Below, in pieces: positions 47,527 through 60,424 of a stretch of 64,000 nucleotides of DNA. Below the pieces are notes generated by a model. That model ran no database searches, was not told the DNA's origin, and worked only from the letters and a program-made list of their open reading frames with translations. A program made the translations under genes and the position numbers. The DNA lies in assembly GCA_946965045.2 (NCBI GenBank), contig OX337234.1, positions 372,001 to 436,000 of the forward strand, given 5' to 3'. The stretch's first letter is position 1; every line of letters starts with the position of its first letter. Origin of the DNA: Epithemia pelagica (taxonomy: Eukaryota > Protista > Bacillariophyta).

Positions 47527-48999
47527 CTACAGAAAATATATAGCAGCAGTCACCCAAACAATCGGTTCTGGTTGTAGTGTTGTTGTTGTGGTGGTTGCAG
47601 TTGTCGTGACACCCCGAGCCGCAGGAGGAGGCGAGGGGACGGAGGAGGACGACGAATCGTCGTGGTACAAATGCGATGCCGAAGACACGTCGTCGTCGTC
47701 GTCTTGATGAGAAGAGGATGGGGTGGCCCGATTCCAAGGGTGAAAGTATTCTTCGTCTTCTGTTTCTTTGTTTTCGTCCTCCAATAATTGCGTCCGTGGT
47801 TCTTCTTCCTCCCACTGACTGGTCCAGATTCCTTGATCCACGCACAACCAATCCATCCACACATATTCGGGTGGTGGTTGGGATTGTTGTTGTTGTTGTT
47901 GGGTGATTTCCTCCTGCCATTGGTGCAAGCGTTTCTGAACCAACGACAGGGGAGATTGACCCGACGCGGACAGGTAACTGGTGGCGGGTTGTGTCATGGT
48001 AGGATTCGTAGTACTCGAACGATGGTGGTCGTCCACCTTTTTTTTATCCCCTCCCGGGTGGTCCCCAACGACGAATCGTTCGTGGTTCGACACCGTCGTC
48101 AAACGAGCAGCAGCGGTAACGAGTTGTGGCACGTGGTGAATCAAGGGTCGAAACAAGTGTGTGTTGTTGGTGTCATCGGAATGTTGTTCTTGTTGTTCTT
48201 GTGGTTGTGGTTGTAATGATGATTGAGGAGCCGTACTGGCAGTCGTTCGATAGATCCATTCCAAGACGGCCACGCGTCGGACAAACCAGAGGGGACACTG
48301 ATAGTGACAAAGCGTTTGCCAATAGGGCAATTGGCACAGCACCGAGACGCACCAATCGAGACGAACGCCCCGTCGACTAAACCACCCATGGTCGTCCTTG
48401 TTGTTGTCAATGTTGTTGTCGTCCTCACTCGGCGAGACTCTGGATGGTGGTGGTGGTGGCTCTTGTGGTGGTGGTTGTTGGTTCAACTCGGCAATTAACT
48501 GGGGAATGGGTTTCAACGAATGATTGGGTAGCCCAATGGCTTGATTGTACAATTGACGGGCCAAGTGCCATTCTTGTTCCAACGTTGTCGTTATTGTCGT
48601 CGTAGTATTCTGACTGCTGATAGCCGCCTCATACCAATCGTCAAACGTGTCGTACTGCGGATACGACTCTTCTGGTTCGGTTTCGTCGGAATGGGAGGAT
48701 TCGTCGTTGTCGTCGTCCCTGCTGCTTTCGTCGTCATGGTCACTGTCGAGCGCCAACCGCAGAGTCGTATCGGTTTCTTCCAAGGCATCCTTCTTTGTGT
48801 TCTCGTCGTTGTCGTCCTTCTTGGGTGGTGACCATGGATCCGTCGTGTGCTGCCGCGGTTTGGTAGGAGTGGCCGCTGCTGCCGCCGCATCCTCCTTTTC
48901 AGTGGTTTTGGTGGTTCTTGTCGTCGCGCTCGTTGGCTGCGGTTTTTGGAATCCAGTGGAAGCGGGGGTAGATGCTGGTTTCGACTGTCGACACCCCAT
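47527..48999 (-). CDS. C-terminally truncated copy (490 aa) of the HET-like/TPR gene; N-terminus only, no TPRs
   Basis: Homologous to 33068-34546 (MGCRQSKP...YVWMDWLCVDQ...QPEP). Homology ends at 47563, and the ORF closes with the novel tail IVWVTAAIYFL*. It may be non-functional. Confidence 0.7.
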   Translation of the reverse strand: MGCRQSKPASTPASTGFQKPQPTSATTRTTKTTEKEDAAAAAATPTKPRQHTTDPWSPPKKDDNDENTKKDALEETDTTLRLALDSDHDDESSRDDDNDESSHSDETEPEESYPQYDTFDDWYEAAISSQNTTTTITTTLEQEWHLARQLYNQAIGLPNHSLKPIPQLIAELNQQPPPQEPPPPPSRVSPSEDDNNIDNNKDDHGWFSRRGVRLDWCVSVLCQLPYWQTLCHYQCPLWFVRRVAVLEWIYRTTASTAPQSSLQPQPQEQQEQHSDDTNNTHLFRPLIHHVPQLVTAAARLTTVSNHERFVVGDHPGGDKKKVDDHHRSSTTNPTMTQPATSYLSASGQSPLSLVQKRLHQWQEEITQQQQQQSQPPPEYVWMDWLCVDQGIWTSQWEEEEPRTQLLEDENKETEDEEYFHPWNRATPSSSHQDDDDDVSSASHLYHDDSSSSSVPSPPPAARGVTTTATTTTTTLQPEPIVWVTAAIYFL

Positions 49000-49750
49000 G
49001 ATGCTCCTCTTTTTCCCTCTCCCACAATTATGGAATGCAGCAATACGTCACTCGGGTCCGTCTCTCTCTCTCTCTCGCTTGTTTCCAGCCGAGGGAGAGT
49101 TTCTCGAATGGGTTGCGAACGCAGGCGGGTGCAACTCTCTCTGTATTAGAAAGAGGACCGGAATGGCAGACACTCTCGACACGACAAGAGTTCCAAACAC
49201 AACTCTCTGCCTCTGTCGTGTGCTGCGGATAATGTGTCTCTTCTTTTAGTGTGGTCGTTGTTGGATAGTCTCAAACTCCAAACGGCTCGATTCTCGTGGT
49301 TCCAATGATGATTCCACAAAGATTCCTGGTGTGCGGCGCGTCCAGATCTCATCGCCATCGCCATGGTCGCATGTGTGGGCACGAGACGGCACGCGTCGAA
49401 TCTCGAGCGGTTGAATTCCAGTAAAATCTGATGTTGATTTTGAATCAAATAGAGAAAGAAACGCCTGGGTAGTACCGAACCTGCAGAGCCTGCCATCCCT
49501 GCGGGACAGCCCGCCACGCCACCAAAGAGGCGCGACGACATAGTGCACCCGGTGCACTGGAACACACATGTGCTATTGTCGCCCAGAAGGAAGATTTCCA
49601 CGATACTCCCTATCTACCGTAGATACGGCCTCTTTTAAGAATGGTTAAATAGTCGGGTATCGAAAGCTCTAGGTAGTTGAGAAAAACGGTCCACGGCGCC
49701 AGATCTGCTTCCACCCATGTATATCGTCTCACAAAGTTCAATTTTTTTGT

Positions 49751-51431
49751 ATGCAACGAGCAAAGGTCGTAGAACTCATCATGTCGAGCGACGAGCAAGG
49801 AAACATGCCTGAGCAAAGTGTTTGGGTCAAGGTCATCCAAAAGACGGGTGAAGACAATTACGTGGACCTCGGAGATCCGTTTCAGATAGTGCCGCGTCCG
49901 GCGAACGTGAGTCACTTGCGCGAGAAAGTCAAGGAAAAGGCGGCAAACAACCTTGCGCATGTTGACGCTAATGAACTCCTTGTCTACCGTCTCAACAACG
50001 AAGTCAGACTGCCGGACGACAATCATGCAATCTTTTCCATGAATGGCAACTGCACGAAGCTTAATTCAATGACCCGAATGGAATCATTGCAACTACGAGA
50101 GGACGAGAATTTAATTGTCGTTGCTCCGAAACCACAACAGCAGCAGCAGCAGCAGGTAAGTTTTGTTCATGCTTGATGAACTGAACTGAACTGAATTTGA
50201 TTTCTTTTAAATGGTCGATTCTGTTGATGCATGTTTACTCAAACTGTATATATGTTTGTCTTTTACTCATTTTGAAAATCATCAAATCTTGGAACCTTTG
50301 TGCGCTTATCGTCCGCAGTATGCTCGACCACCTCTACATCCGAACTCAGTCGAACCCACCAAGAACCACGACACACACAACATCATGAGTGGGACCACCA
50401 ATGATGAAATGAATGAACAACAAAAACAACAGGCGAATGATTCGGAGGATATGAAACGGAAAATTGAAAACATAGAGAAAATGATGATCGAGTCAAAAAC
50501 GGATGACAGAAACATGTCGAAGGCGAACACTGAATTTGCAACCGATCTGTTGACCGGGCTGTCGATCTCCTGGCGTAACGCCGTCGCCAACATGAATGTC
50601 GGAGTCGGATCTGTTGTAGGAAATTTTGAATGGGAGCAAGCACTTTTGACGGGAGGAACAGGAAAACTTTCGGAAAATGATGGGACCCCATTGGCACTGA
50701 AATGGCTCTTTGGTAAGTTGGATCAAGCGCTTGCTGTGGACGGCAAGAAGCTAGGCATAAGAGACGTGAAAGGAAAGAAATTAGCACCTATCAAGGCCGA
50801 TCGAAAGGTGGCAAACGGCAAGTCTGACGGATGTGTTACGGAGGAATCAATGCTCGTACTTTGTGAGCGGTCTCAGGAATCGTTCTACACATACGGTATG
50901 GCACTGGTCGAGATGAAGACCGACAGGACGCCGATGAATAAGGCCCAAATGTTACTCCAGCTTGCTGCTTTCTCGAGGGAAAGTGTATGGGGGCAATCAA
51001 CAATTCTGCTGGGTACGGATGGGAACAAGAAATGGTACTTGGTACAATTTGAGGCCCTCAACAGCATGTTGATAACCCAGTACTATGATGGGCGGGAGTG
51101 TTTGAATGAATTTGAATCTCTCCTGTAGTCTTTGAAAACCAGGGAGGCAAAACTGCGAGGTAGCAAGCGCGCTAAACTTGCTCCAGTATTGGAAGAACAG
51201 TTTCAATCAGAACATCATCTTCCTGGGGCTTCTACCCCGGGCACAGCTTCTCTAGCATGGACCGATGGAGCGGGAGAAGGCCAGGATGCTGTGGACAAGG
51301 CAATAGAGAACGAGGCTCTGTTACATCGACTTGCTAACGCACTTGCGGAGTCACCTTTGAGTGACGGAGTCCGCCCATCTCTTCCGGAATGGTCTCTTGC
51401 TAAAAATGTGGTTCCTTCATACTATACGTAG
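49751..51431 (+). pseudogene. CRN header (49751-50155) + intron + REase exon (50319-51431) with a premature TAG at 51126-51128
   Basis: The splice is in frame (QQQ|YARPPLHP). AAG in the 61-62 kb copy is TAG here, and the frame continues to 51431. Confidence 0.8.
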
Positions 51432-52729
51432 AGGGGAAGGATTGAAACCATTCTAAGAAAGCTTTTCCCCTAGCTCACACATGCTAACCCCAAAATACAA
51501 ATGTCACCGCTCAAGATTTTCTGCAATTCTGAAGATCCACAGCGACTACCTCTGTTTAGAATTAAGGTGTTGTGGAATCGAACCACTGCGCTACCAGCCA
51601 CCTTAATCCAACTATTAGTCGTATGTACGTCGTCCGCAAACTGTCCCCCCAATGGAGATTTTTTTCTCGATTCATATCCTATTTTCCATAAAAAATCAGA
51701 AAGGACACGCCGGCATTTCCTTGTCACATTTCAAATCAGTTTGAGCGACCCAGCGTGCATGACGGTTGCCGTTGGTGGTTGGTGCACGACACTCATAAAA
51801 CAAACAAACCTCCAGTACAGCGGCCGTGTCCATGGCAATTCTTGCAATGGCATGATTTTTCAGCTTCCATGCTACCCAGGTACGTCAAGAAAGACAGTGC
51901 TGCGATTGGGCTAAGGACAAGCATCTCAATAGTCCCTCCCTGTTGTTTTTGTTCGCATACACCCCTTGAGCCCCATTTTCTGGACTCGTTGCGACGTCTC
52001 ACTTTTCACCAGTCCAATTTTGCTTGTAGTCTTTATGATTGATTCATTTGTAGCCCTTTTACTCCGATACTAGTCTAGGTAGAATTCCTGTTCTATATTT
52101 TATCATAGGGGTAAATATGAAGGTCAATGGTGGTGTCCTGCTCGACCAGGGATTCTCTTGTCTTTTTTCTTCTCCTTCTCCTCGTCTTCACCTTGAAGAA
52201 GATTCAGCAAACACTAAGAATTTGTCTCAGCGACCATTAGCCTAGAAAGAAAGTGGTGACAATCAGCCTCATGATGTAGTACTACTCCTAAGAGTAAGAA
52301 GAAGAAACCAAATCGTCCCCAACCAAGAAGACAACTCGAACCATGGATGTGACAAGCCCTACAATCAGAAAATGGGCGAAAACACTACCAATCTATCAAT
52401 CCTAAGAAGAAACAGAAGGCACAAACAACAACTGAAGGAAAGACGCGCTCTGTCTACAGTCTACAATGATTCGTCCGCGGTTCATGTGCCATGGCCGATG
52501 GTCTTACCGGTACCGTGATAGGGCCCTTCAGATTTTGCTCGCATGGTTTTTATGAGCTGTCGCTCGCGAGCGTCTGGAATTTGAATCGTGTTGATCAGAG
52601 GACGCCCGCCAACCTTCAACTGTCACTTGCACGCCGGCCATTCTACATGACGATTTGCTTTTGGGACATTTTATGGGGGAGAAGGACAGAGTTCTGTGCG
52701 GACGACGTACGTACGGTTTATAGGTGGTC

Positions 52730-54943
52730 ATGGCAGTGCGGACACACCACCACCACCACAATTACACAATGGATTGTTTCATGTCCAATCCAAAGATTGT
52801 CGGTACACGGATGAGGCCATTTATTCCAATTACACGTACATTCGTTTGGTTGTTTCTTTGGTTCCATGGGTTTGTCAATGTCGTCGGGCAAACTCTCTCT
52901 CTCTCTCTCGGTGTAGTAATTGGGTTGGATCTCACTCGCGCACTTTGATCCGTCTTGTTGTTGTTGTTGCTGGTCCTGACAGGTACGAAACGACCGTGGT
53001 GGATGGACCCGTCGTGCGACCGGTGCAGACGAAATTGCGGTTTCGAACGCAACGAACGGTCCCCAAGGTACGACACCCGAAAACAGAGTACTGTTGTTGT
53101 CAAGGAAGGACCATGGTCTCACCCGAAAACCACAAACGATGGTTCTGTTCTTCTTCGTGTTGTTGTTGTTCTTGTTGGTTTTCCTGGCGTTGCTTTGGTT
53201 GGTTGCTTGGTTGTTGTCGTTGTGGAATGGGGTTTTGTCCATGACGCCACAATGATGCACTCTCTATATATACATATTTATCGATACTTGGTTCTCGAAT
53301 CATAGATGGGTGTCATGTTGGTGGGCTTGGGTGGCAACAATGGGAGTACTTGTGTGGCAGCGGCCGTGGCCAATCGCTTGGGCTTGACGTGGGAGACCAA
53401 ACAAGGGACCCAGTCGGCCAATTATTGGGGCAGCCTGTTATTGGCCAGTACGGTCAAATTGGGTCATGCCGCCGCCACCGGAGAGGCCGTCTATACGCCC
53501 TTGCAATCCTTGTTGCCCCTTGGACATCCCAATGATATCGTGTGGGGTGGCTGGGATATAAATCGGGCCAATTTGGCCGAGGCCCTGAAACGGGCCCAAG
53601 TCTTGGAAGTGGACTTGCAACAACAATTGGAACCGTATTTGCGCGAGATTGTGCCGCTGCCATCGATTTACCATGCCGATTTTATTGCCGCCAATCAACA
53701 AGAACGGGCCAACAATGTGTTGCCACCGGACATGACCAAATGGGAAAAAGTCCAACACATTCGACGCGACATTGCCCAGTTCAAGGCGCACCATGACTTG
53801 GATCATGTCACGGTCGTGTGGACGGCCAATACCGAACGCTTTTGTGAGATTCAACCGGGCGTTCATGATACCGCCGATCACTTGTTGCAAGCCTTGGAAC
53901 AAGGCAACGATACGGAAGTTAGTCCGTCCACCTTGTTTGCCATTGCCTCCATTTTGGAACAGGCCCCCTTTGTCAATGGGTCGCCCCAAAATACCTTGGT
54001 TCCCGGCGTTGTCCAATTGGCCGAACGACACGGCGTCTTGATTGGCGGCGACGATTTCAAATCGGGACAAACCAAACTCAAATCGGTCTTGGTCGATTTT
54101 CTCGTGTCGGCCGGCTGCAAGCCCGTCTCTATGGTCAGTTACAATCATTTGGGCAACAATGATGGCCGCAATCTCAGTGCTCCCCATCAATTCCGATCCA
54201 AGGAAATTTCCAAATCCAATGTCGTGGACGATATGGTGGCCTCCAATGCCATTTTGTATCCTCACGTGAATAAAACGGAAAACAAGGACACTACTAGTAC
54301 ATCGGGTCATCCCGATCATGTCGTGGTCATTAAATACGTTCCCTATGTGGGAGATTCCAAACGGGCCATGGATGAATATACGTCAGAAATTTTCATGGGT
54401 GGAACCAATACCCTCGTCATTCACAATACCTGTCAAGATTCTCTCTTGGCCACACCCTTGATTTATGATTTGATTCTCTTGACGGAATTGTGTTCCCGGA
54501 TTCAAGTCCAAAAAGTGGACGAACAGGACGATTCCACCTTGGACTCGGTCGTGGACAATGACAATGACAAGAATACCACTGCTTGGGAACCCTTTCATCC
54601 CGTCTTGTCCCTCTTGTCCTACATGCTCAAGGCACCCATGGTTCCACCGGGTGCACCCGTCGTCAATGCCTTGTTTCCGCAACGAGAGGCCATTACCAAT
54701 GTCCTCAAGGCCTGTCTGGGATTGCCACCCGAAAATTACATGACCTTGCAACACAAATTTGCCTCCTCCCTCCAACAGCAACACGACGAAACCATGCGGC
54801 GACGACAACAACAAGAAGAAGAGCAAGAAAAACAGACTAGTACCAATGGCGTCTCGCATACCACCACCAATGGAGTGATGCCTACCAGGAATGGGCACGC
54901 CACAAGGAATGGCACTGGACAGTACCAGAATGGAACTCACTAG
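52730..54943 (+). pseudogene. INO1: INO1 copy 2, separated from its ATG and promoter (5' piece at 50356-50406)
   Basis: Homology to copy 1 starts abruptly at 52730, inside codon 9, and the rest is intact (both introns, ORF 53306-54943). It could at most initiate at the MGVML of exon 3. Confidence 0.75.
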
Positions 54944-55931
54944 ACAAGAACTGTTGGATGTATCCGTTTATTTCCTGTTTTGTTTGTTTCTTGGCCCAAT
55001 CTATTACTTACATGTTTGACACCCACAATTCTAGTTTCACCAGCACACCTTCGGTTCCGTTTGGGTCCACACACGTTATAATACAAAGTGTGGAGACCAA
55101 CGGGTTCCTCCCATACCTTTCACGCAATTCCCATTCCGCTATAGTATACCGACCACACAACTGCCATTACTGTGTGATTACACACGTTCTCCACCGACAC
55201 ACACATAGGCAAAGTGATGACACGATTCTCTCCTGGAACGACTACTGGATCTCCATGGCTGCCTGCCGCATACAATATGTGGGACAGCTGTTCCGATGCA
55301 GTGATATTCACCAGAAGGAGAACATGATCTCCAAATTCCCAAACGTATAATGCACTCCAATAATCATAGAGCAGATTACCAGTCGTAGTTGTGGAGAATC
55401 GTAGGAATCCAAACACGCGTCCGACTACGTACTGCTTGGAGAAGGATCACTGGTCACACAATGAACAAGCTTGTACTTTTGATGATACCATCATTCGAAA
55501 GGGAGATGCAGATCCTTAGTCTCGCCCATTCACACTTGGCATTGCTCGTCTATACATACATGACAGAGGCAAAGGAACATACACGTTTACAGTAATATGA
55601 TTTTTAACTTGAATCGCCATTGCGTTCGGTGACGCAGCGCACAATTCACCGAACACGGAAGCGACAGAGAGTAAAAGAGCTAGTATAGCCATGCACAAAC
55701 AACACCCGGGACACCACGAGACACTGCATGCTTCACAAAACAACCAAGAGACGAATACATATGCCTGTCCACAGCAAAAGGGGCTTTCCTCGGCGGTCAC
55801 CTTTCTCCTACATATTGAATGCCGACAGTCTTGCATTTATCCCTGGTCATTTGTTTTGTTCCACACGTGCTACACATGTCTCTTTTTTGCTTGGACTGTT
55901 GCTGGTATCGTATTCTTGGACGTGAGACCAA

Positions 55932-58762
55932 CTACAGCACTACGCAACAACAGCCAGCATTTTGTTGAACAGGCAACAATGGTTCTCCTGTTTCCCGCTC
56001 GTAAATTAAGAATTCAATCACCTCTGTGGCATAGGCGCGGGGATTCGTCCAATCCCAGTTTCGATAGTAGGTTTCATCTTGTTCGGTTAACACCGTTTCT
56101 TGATAGGTCTTGTCTTCGACAAAATTACCAATTTCGGCTTGACTGGCCGCATTGACATCCTTGGCTGGTACATAGGGAGGCCGTTTTCGATCGGAAATGA
56201 TGGATTCCCAATTGACATTGCGAAAGTAGGGATGGGCCATAATTTCTTCGCATCCACCCGTGCCCAATCGCTTGTGTTCGTCCTTTTCCAGTAAGCGCAT
56301 ACACAAATCTTTGGCATCCGGTTCAAAGTATTCCTTGGGAAAATCTGGTTCCATTTCCAGTGTGGCACAATCAATGGCTTTTTCCTTGGTTTGTTTGCCC
56401 TTGGACAAGCCAAAGTTGAGAGCGGCTTCGGATCGGAACGGATTGGCCCCGCAAATGAATTCGGTGACACAGCACCCAAAACTGAACCAATCGACCGTGT
56501 GTCCATAGGGCATGCGTTTGCCACGCTTGTCGCGACGCAACATTTCCGGGGCCCAATACCCACGCGTACCCGCGGCGCCGTGCAAGGTGGGAGTAATTTT
56601 GGTGGCCAAGCCCAAATCCGTGATTTTGACACGACCGTCATCGGCCATGAGACAATTCTCTGGCTTCAAATCGCGGTAGACATAGCCTTGATCATGCAAG
56701 GCTTGCAATCCCAACATGATGCGGGCTGCGTAATATTGGACTTCTCGTTTGGGGAAGCGACCCTTTTGGTGCAAATGGAAACCCAAATCACCACCCGTCA
56801 TGAGATCCAATATCAGATAGACATCGTCCTTGCTATGAAACGAGTATTTGAGATTCACCACAAAGTTGCTTTCCACAGCAGCCAAGGCAGATCGTTCATT
56901 TACTGCCAGTGTTTCTGATTTCTTCATTTTGATCCGTCTCTTGTTCATGACCTTCATTGCATAGAGTTTTCCGGATGTACCCTTCTTGCAAGCTACGAAG
57001 AAAGGAACAGGTGAGAACCAGTTGGATGCCGTTGTCAACATGTGTGTGTGTGTGTGGCTTGTGACGGTTCCTGCAAAACCACACGTTGGACGACCGTCTC
57101 TACCACAAAAAGCGCAACGACAGACACACACACTAGCACTACTAGAGACATGTACGTACCATTGACCAACCCAAAGCCTCCTCGTCCCAAGACTCGCATG
57201 ATATAAAAATCTTCGGGTACAACGGGTCGATCCTGATACCACAAGAATTGTTTGGCCTTGAGAAATTCTTGCGATTCCAAAAACAAGTGCCAATAATCGC
57301 GTCGAAGCGATTCCATCACGACCGTTTCCGCCTTGTCAAAGAGGCCATCGTAGACGGCTTCTTTTTGCGATTGCAAAAATCGATGTTTCAACAATCGCAT
57401 ACTCATGGTGGCCTCTCCAAATTCTTCCACCGACAATCCCGAAACACTCCGTTCTCCCATGAGAGCCGGTGGCGGTGCCTTGCGCGGTGTGTGGGAGGAA
57501 GAGCCCATCGATGCCGTGTCGGTTGTCGTATTAGTGGGAGCAGCAGGAGCAGGAGGACTGCTATTACTGGGCGGTTGGGATTGGGGAGGTTGTCCATGAT
57601 TGGACGATTGAAAGGATAAGGACGAGGACGCAGCCGTATCGGCATCCTTGACAGCCTTGGCTTCGGCGGATTCCTCCGGTTTGGTGGCATCCGTATTAGG
57701 GTCAAGTGTTTCCACTTGTGGTTGTTGTTGCTGTTGTGGTGGTGGTTGAGGTTGGTTCCATCCAGATGATGATAGGGTCGTCGGATTGGCGGTGGGGACT
57801 GTGGCATCGGTGGAAGCCGATGCCGATCCATCGGCCGTCGTTTCCTCCGTAGTATTCGGTGGTTCCACGGACGACGATCGTCCTCCTCCGGTACTGCCAC
57901 CACTGCTACGTCGCGTCGATCGTGGTTTGGACGACGACAGTGTCGTTGTATTCGTAGTCGTAAAGTCACCACTGGCCGTACTACTGGCCGACGCTCGTCG
58001 TCCATTGGATCCATGGTGTGATGGTGGGTGTCGTGATTTGGCGGCAGCCACGGCGGCTTCTTCCTTTTCCTTTTCTTCCCATTCTCTCCAATCGTCAATC
58101 AAATCGTCCAAAGTGGCATCGCGAATGCCAATCAAGGATTGACTGCATTTGGGATAATCGCAATAAATTCGAAAGGTTGCATCTTCTTTTAAATAGGCAT
58201 GGGTCGATTGGCGATCGTTCACGATTCGTTCCAAATCGCATTCGTCAATTTCCGTCCGCGGTGGCAATTGCGTCGTGCCCACGGCCCACGCGGCTGCACC
58301 CGCCGCCGATTCCGCCACCAAATTCCCATTGTTCGTGGCATCTTTGGGGGCTGTCGTCGTTGGATTCGTACTCGTCGTAGCAGCCGGTGTTACGGTTGCT
58401 CCGGCGGCGGGCGGTGGACTGGGTTTGACCAAAATGTAGTGTTCCAAAATGGCTTGGGCTTGTTTGCGTCGCGATCGGCCGCGCAATTTTTTGAACCTCA
58501 ACACATCTTCGCAAAAATTGAGACGCACATAATCGTCGTGATGTTGTTTGATAAAACTGGAAAACAAAAAGACACAAATGGCCGATTGTTCCAAAAAGGA
58601 ATCCAAATTGCCCAAACTACGGGCCTTGGTTTTGGACCATTCCACCAACAATTCATCCGACGACGGTGTCTCCCAGGGCAAGACGGGTTTGGGTCCATCG
58701 TCTTGCGTATTGATCGCATTCACGTATTGGGCGTCTTCAATGGCATCCTGTAATTCTTCCAT
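55932..58762 (-). CDS. GRK: GRK-like kinase, copy 2; exons 58762-57160 and 56992-55932
   Basis: Same structure and exon lengths (1603 + 1061 nt) as copy 1, with scattered substitutions and compensating small indels. Confidence 0.9.
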
Positions 58763-58951
58763 GATGAAGAATCCGCCGGTAGTCTCTGTATATCGTGCTT
58801 GGTTCTAGCAGCACGATTGTGGTGGCTGTGGTTGTTGGTTTGTCAATAATAATTCTTCGGATTATATATCCTCGACAACAGGAACGGTTCTCACCTCCAA
58901 ACGGTCAAGGAACCAAAAGAGACGAATGGATGCCTTTTCGTTTGGATCTCT

Positions 58952-60424
58952 CTACAGAAAATATATAGCAGCAGTCACCCAAACAATCGGTTCTGGTTGT
59001 AGTGTTGTTGTTGTGGTGGTTGCAGTTGTCGTGACACCCCGAGCCGCAGGAGGAGGCGAGGGGACGGAGGAGGACGACGAATCGTCGTGGTACAAATGCG
59101 ATGCCGAAGACACGTCGTCGTCGTCGTCTTGATGAGAAGAGGATGGGGTGGCCCGATTCCAAGGGTGAAAGTATTCTTCGTCTTCTGTTTCTTTGTTTTC
59201 GTCCTCCAATAATTGCGTCCGTGGTTCTTCTTCCTCCCACTGACTGGTCCAGATTCCTTGATCCACGCACAACCAATCCATCCACACATATTCGGGTGGT
59301 GGTTGGGATTGTTGTTGTTGTTGTTGGGTGATTTCCTCCTGCCATTGGTGCAAGCGTTTCTGAACCAACGACAGGGGAGATTGACCCGACGCGGACAGGT
59401 AACTGGTGGCGGGTTGTGTCATGGTAGGATTCGTAGTACTCGAACGATGGTGGTCGTCCACCTTTTTTTTATCCCCTCCCGGGTGGTCCCCAACGACGAA
59501 TCGTTCGTGGTTCGACACCGTCGTCAAACGAGCAGCAGCGGTAACGAGTTGTGGCACGTGGTGAATCAAGGGTCGAAACAAGTGTGTGTTGTTGGTGTCA
59601 TCGGAATGTTGTTCTTGTTGTTCTTGTGGTTGTGGTTGTAATGATGATTGAGGAGCCGTACTGGCAGTCGTTCGATAGATCCATTCCAAGACGGCCACGC
59701 GTCGGACAAACCAGAGGGGACACTGATAGTGACAAAGCGTTTGCCAATAGGGCAATTGGCACAGCACCGAGACGCACCAATCGAGACGAACGCCCCGTCG
59801 ACTAAACCACCCATGGTCGTCCTTGTTGTTGTCAATGTTGTTGTCGTCCTCACTCGGCGAGACTCTGGATGGTGGTGGTGGTGGCTCTTGTGGTGGTGGT
59901 TGTTGGTTCAACTCGGCAATTAACTGGGGAATGGGTTTCAACGAATGATTGGGTAGCCCAATGGCTTGATTGTACAATTGACGGGCCAAGTGCCATTCTT
60001 GTTCCAACGTTGTCGTTATTGTCGTCGTAGTATTCTGACTGCTGATAGCCGCCTCATACCAATCGTCAAACGTGTCGTACTGCGGATACGACTCTTCTGG
60101 TTCGGTTTCGTCGGAATGGGAGGATTCGTCGTTGTCGTCGTCCCTGCTGCTTTCGTCGTCATGGTCACTGTCGAGCGCCAACCGCAGAGTCGTATCGGTT
60201 TCTTCCAAGGCATCCTTCTTTGTGTTCTCGTCGTTGTCGTCCTTCTTGGGTGGTGACCATGGATCCGTCGTGTGCTGCCGCGGTTTGGTAGGAGTGGCCG
60301 CTGCTGCCGCCGCATCCTCCTTTTCAGTGGTTTTGGTGGTTCTTGTCGTCGCGCTCGTTGGCTGCGGTTTTTGGAATCCAGTGGAAGCGGGGGTAGATGC
60401 TGGTTTCGACTGTCGACACCCCAT
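58952..60424 (-). CDS. Truncated HET-like/TPR N-terminus, second copy (490 aa)
   Basis: The translation appears identical to 47527-48999. Confidence 0.7.
   Translation of the reverse strand: MGCRQSKPASTPASTGFQKPQPTSATTRTTKTTEKEDAAAAAATPTKPRQHTTDPWSPPKKDDNDENTKKDALEETDTTLRLALDSDHDDESSRDDDNDESSHSDETEPEESYPQYDTFDDWYEAAISSQNTTTTITTTLEQEWHLARQLYNQAIGLPNHSLKPIPQLIAELNQQPPPQEPPPPPSRVSPSEDDNNIDNNKDDHGWFSRRGVRLDWCVSVLCQLPYWQTLCHYQCPLWFVRRVAVLEWIYRTTASTAPQSSLQPQPQEQQEQHSDDTNNTHLFRPLIHHVPQLVTAAARLTTVSNHERFVVGDHPGGDKKKVDDHHRSSTTNPTMTQPATSYLSASGQSPLSLVQKRLHQWQEEITQQQQQQSQPPPEYVWMDWLCVDQGIWTSQWEEEEPRTQLLEDENKETEDEEYFHPWNRATPSSSHQDDDDDVSSASHLYHDDSSSSSVPSPPPAARGVTTTATTTTTTLQPEPIVWVTAAIYFL

Noticed and set aside
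9585-58762. GPCR + GRK + INO1 as a functional signalling gene cluster
   Set aside because: The GPCR is truncated and ~30 kb away, and such receptors appear to be a large family. Proximity is explainable by chance without synteny data.
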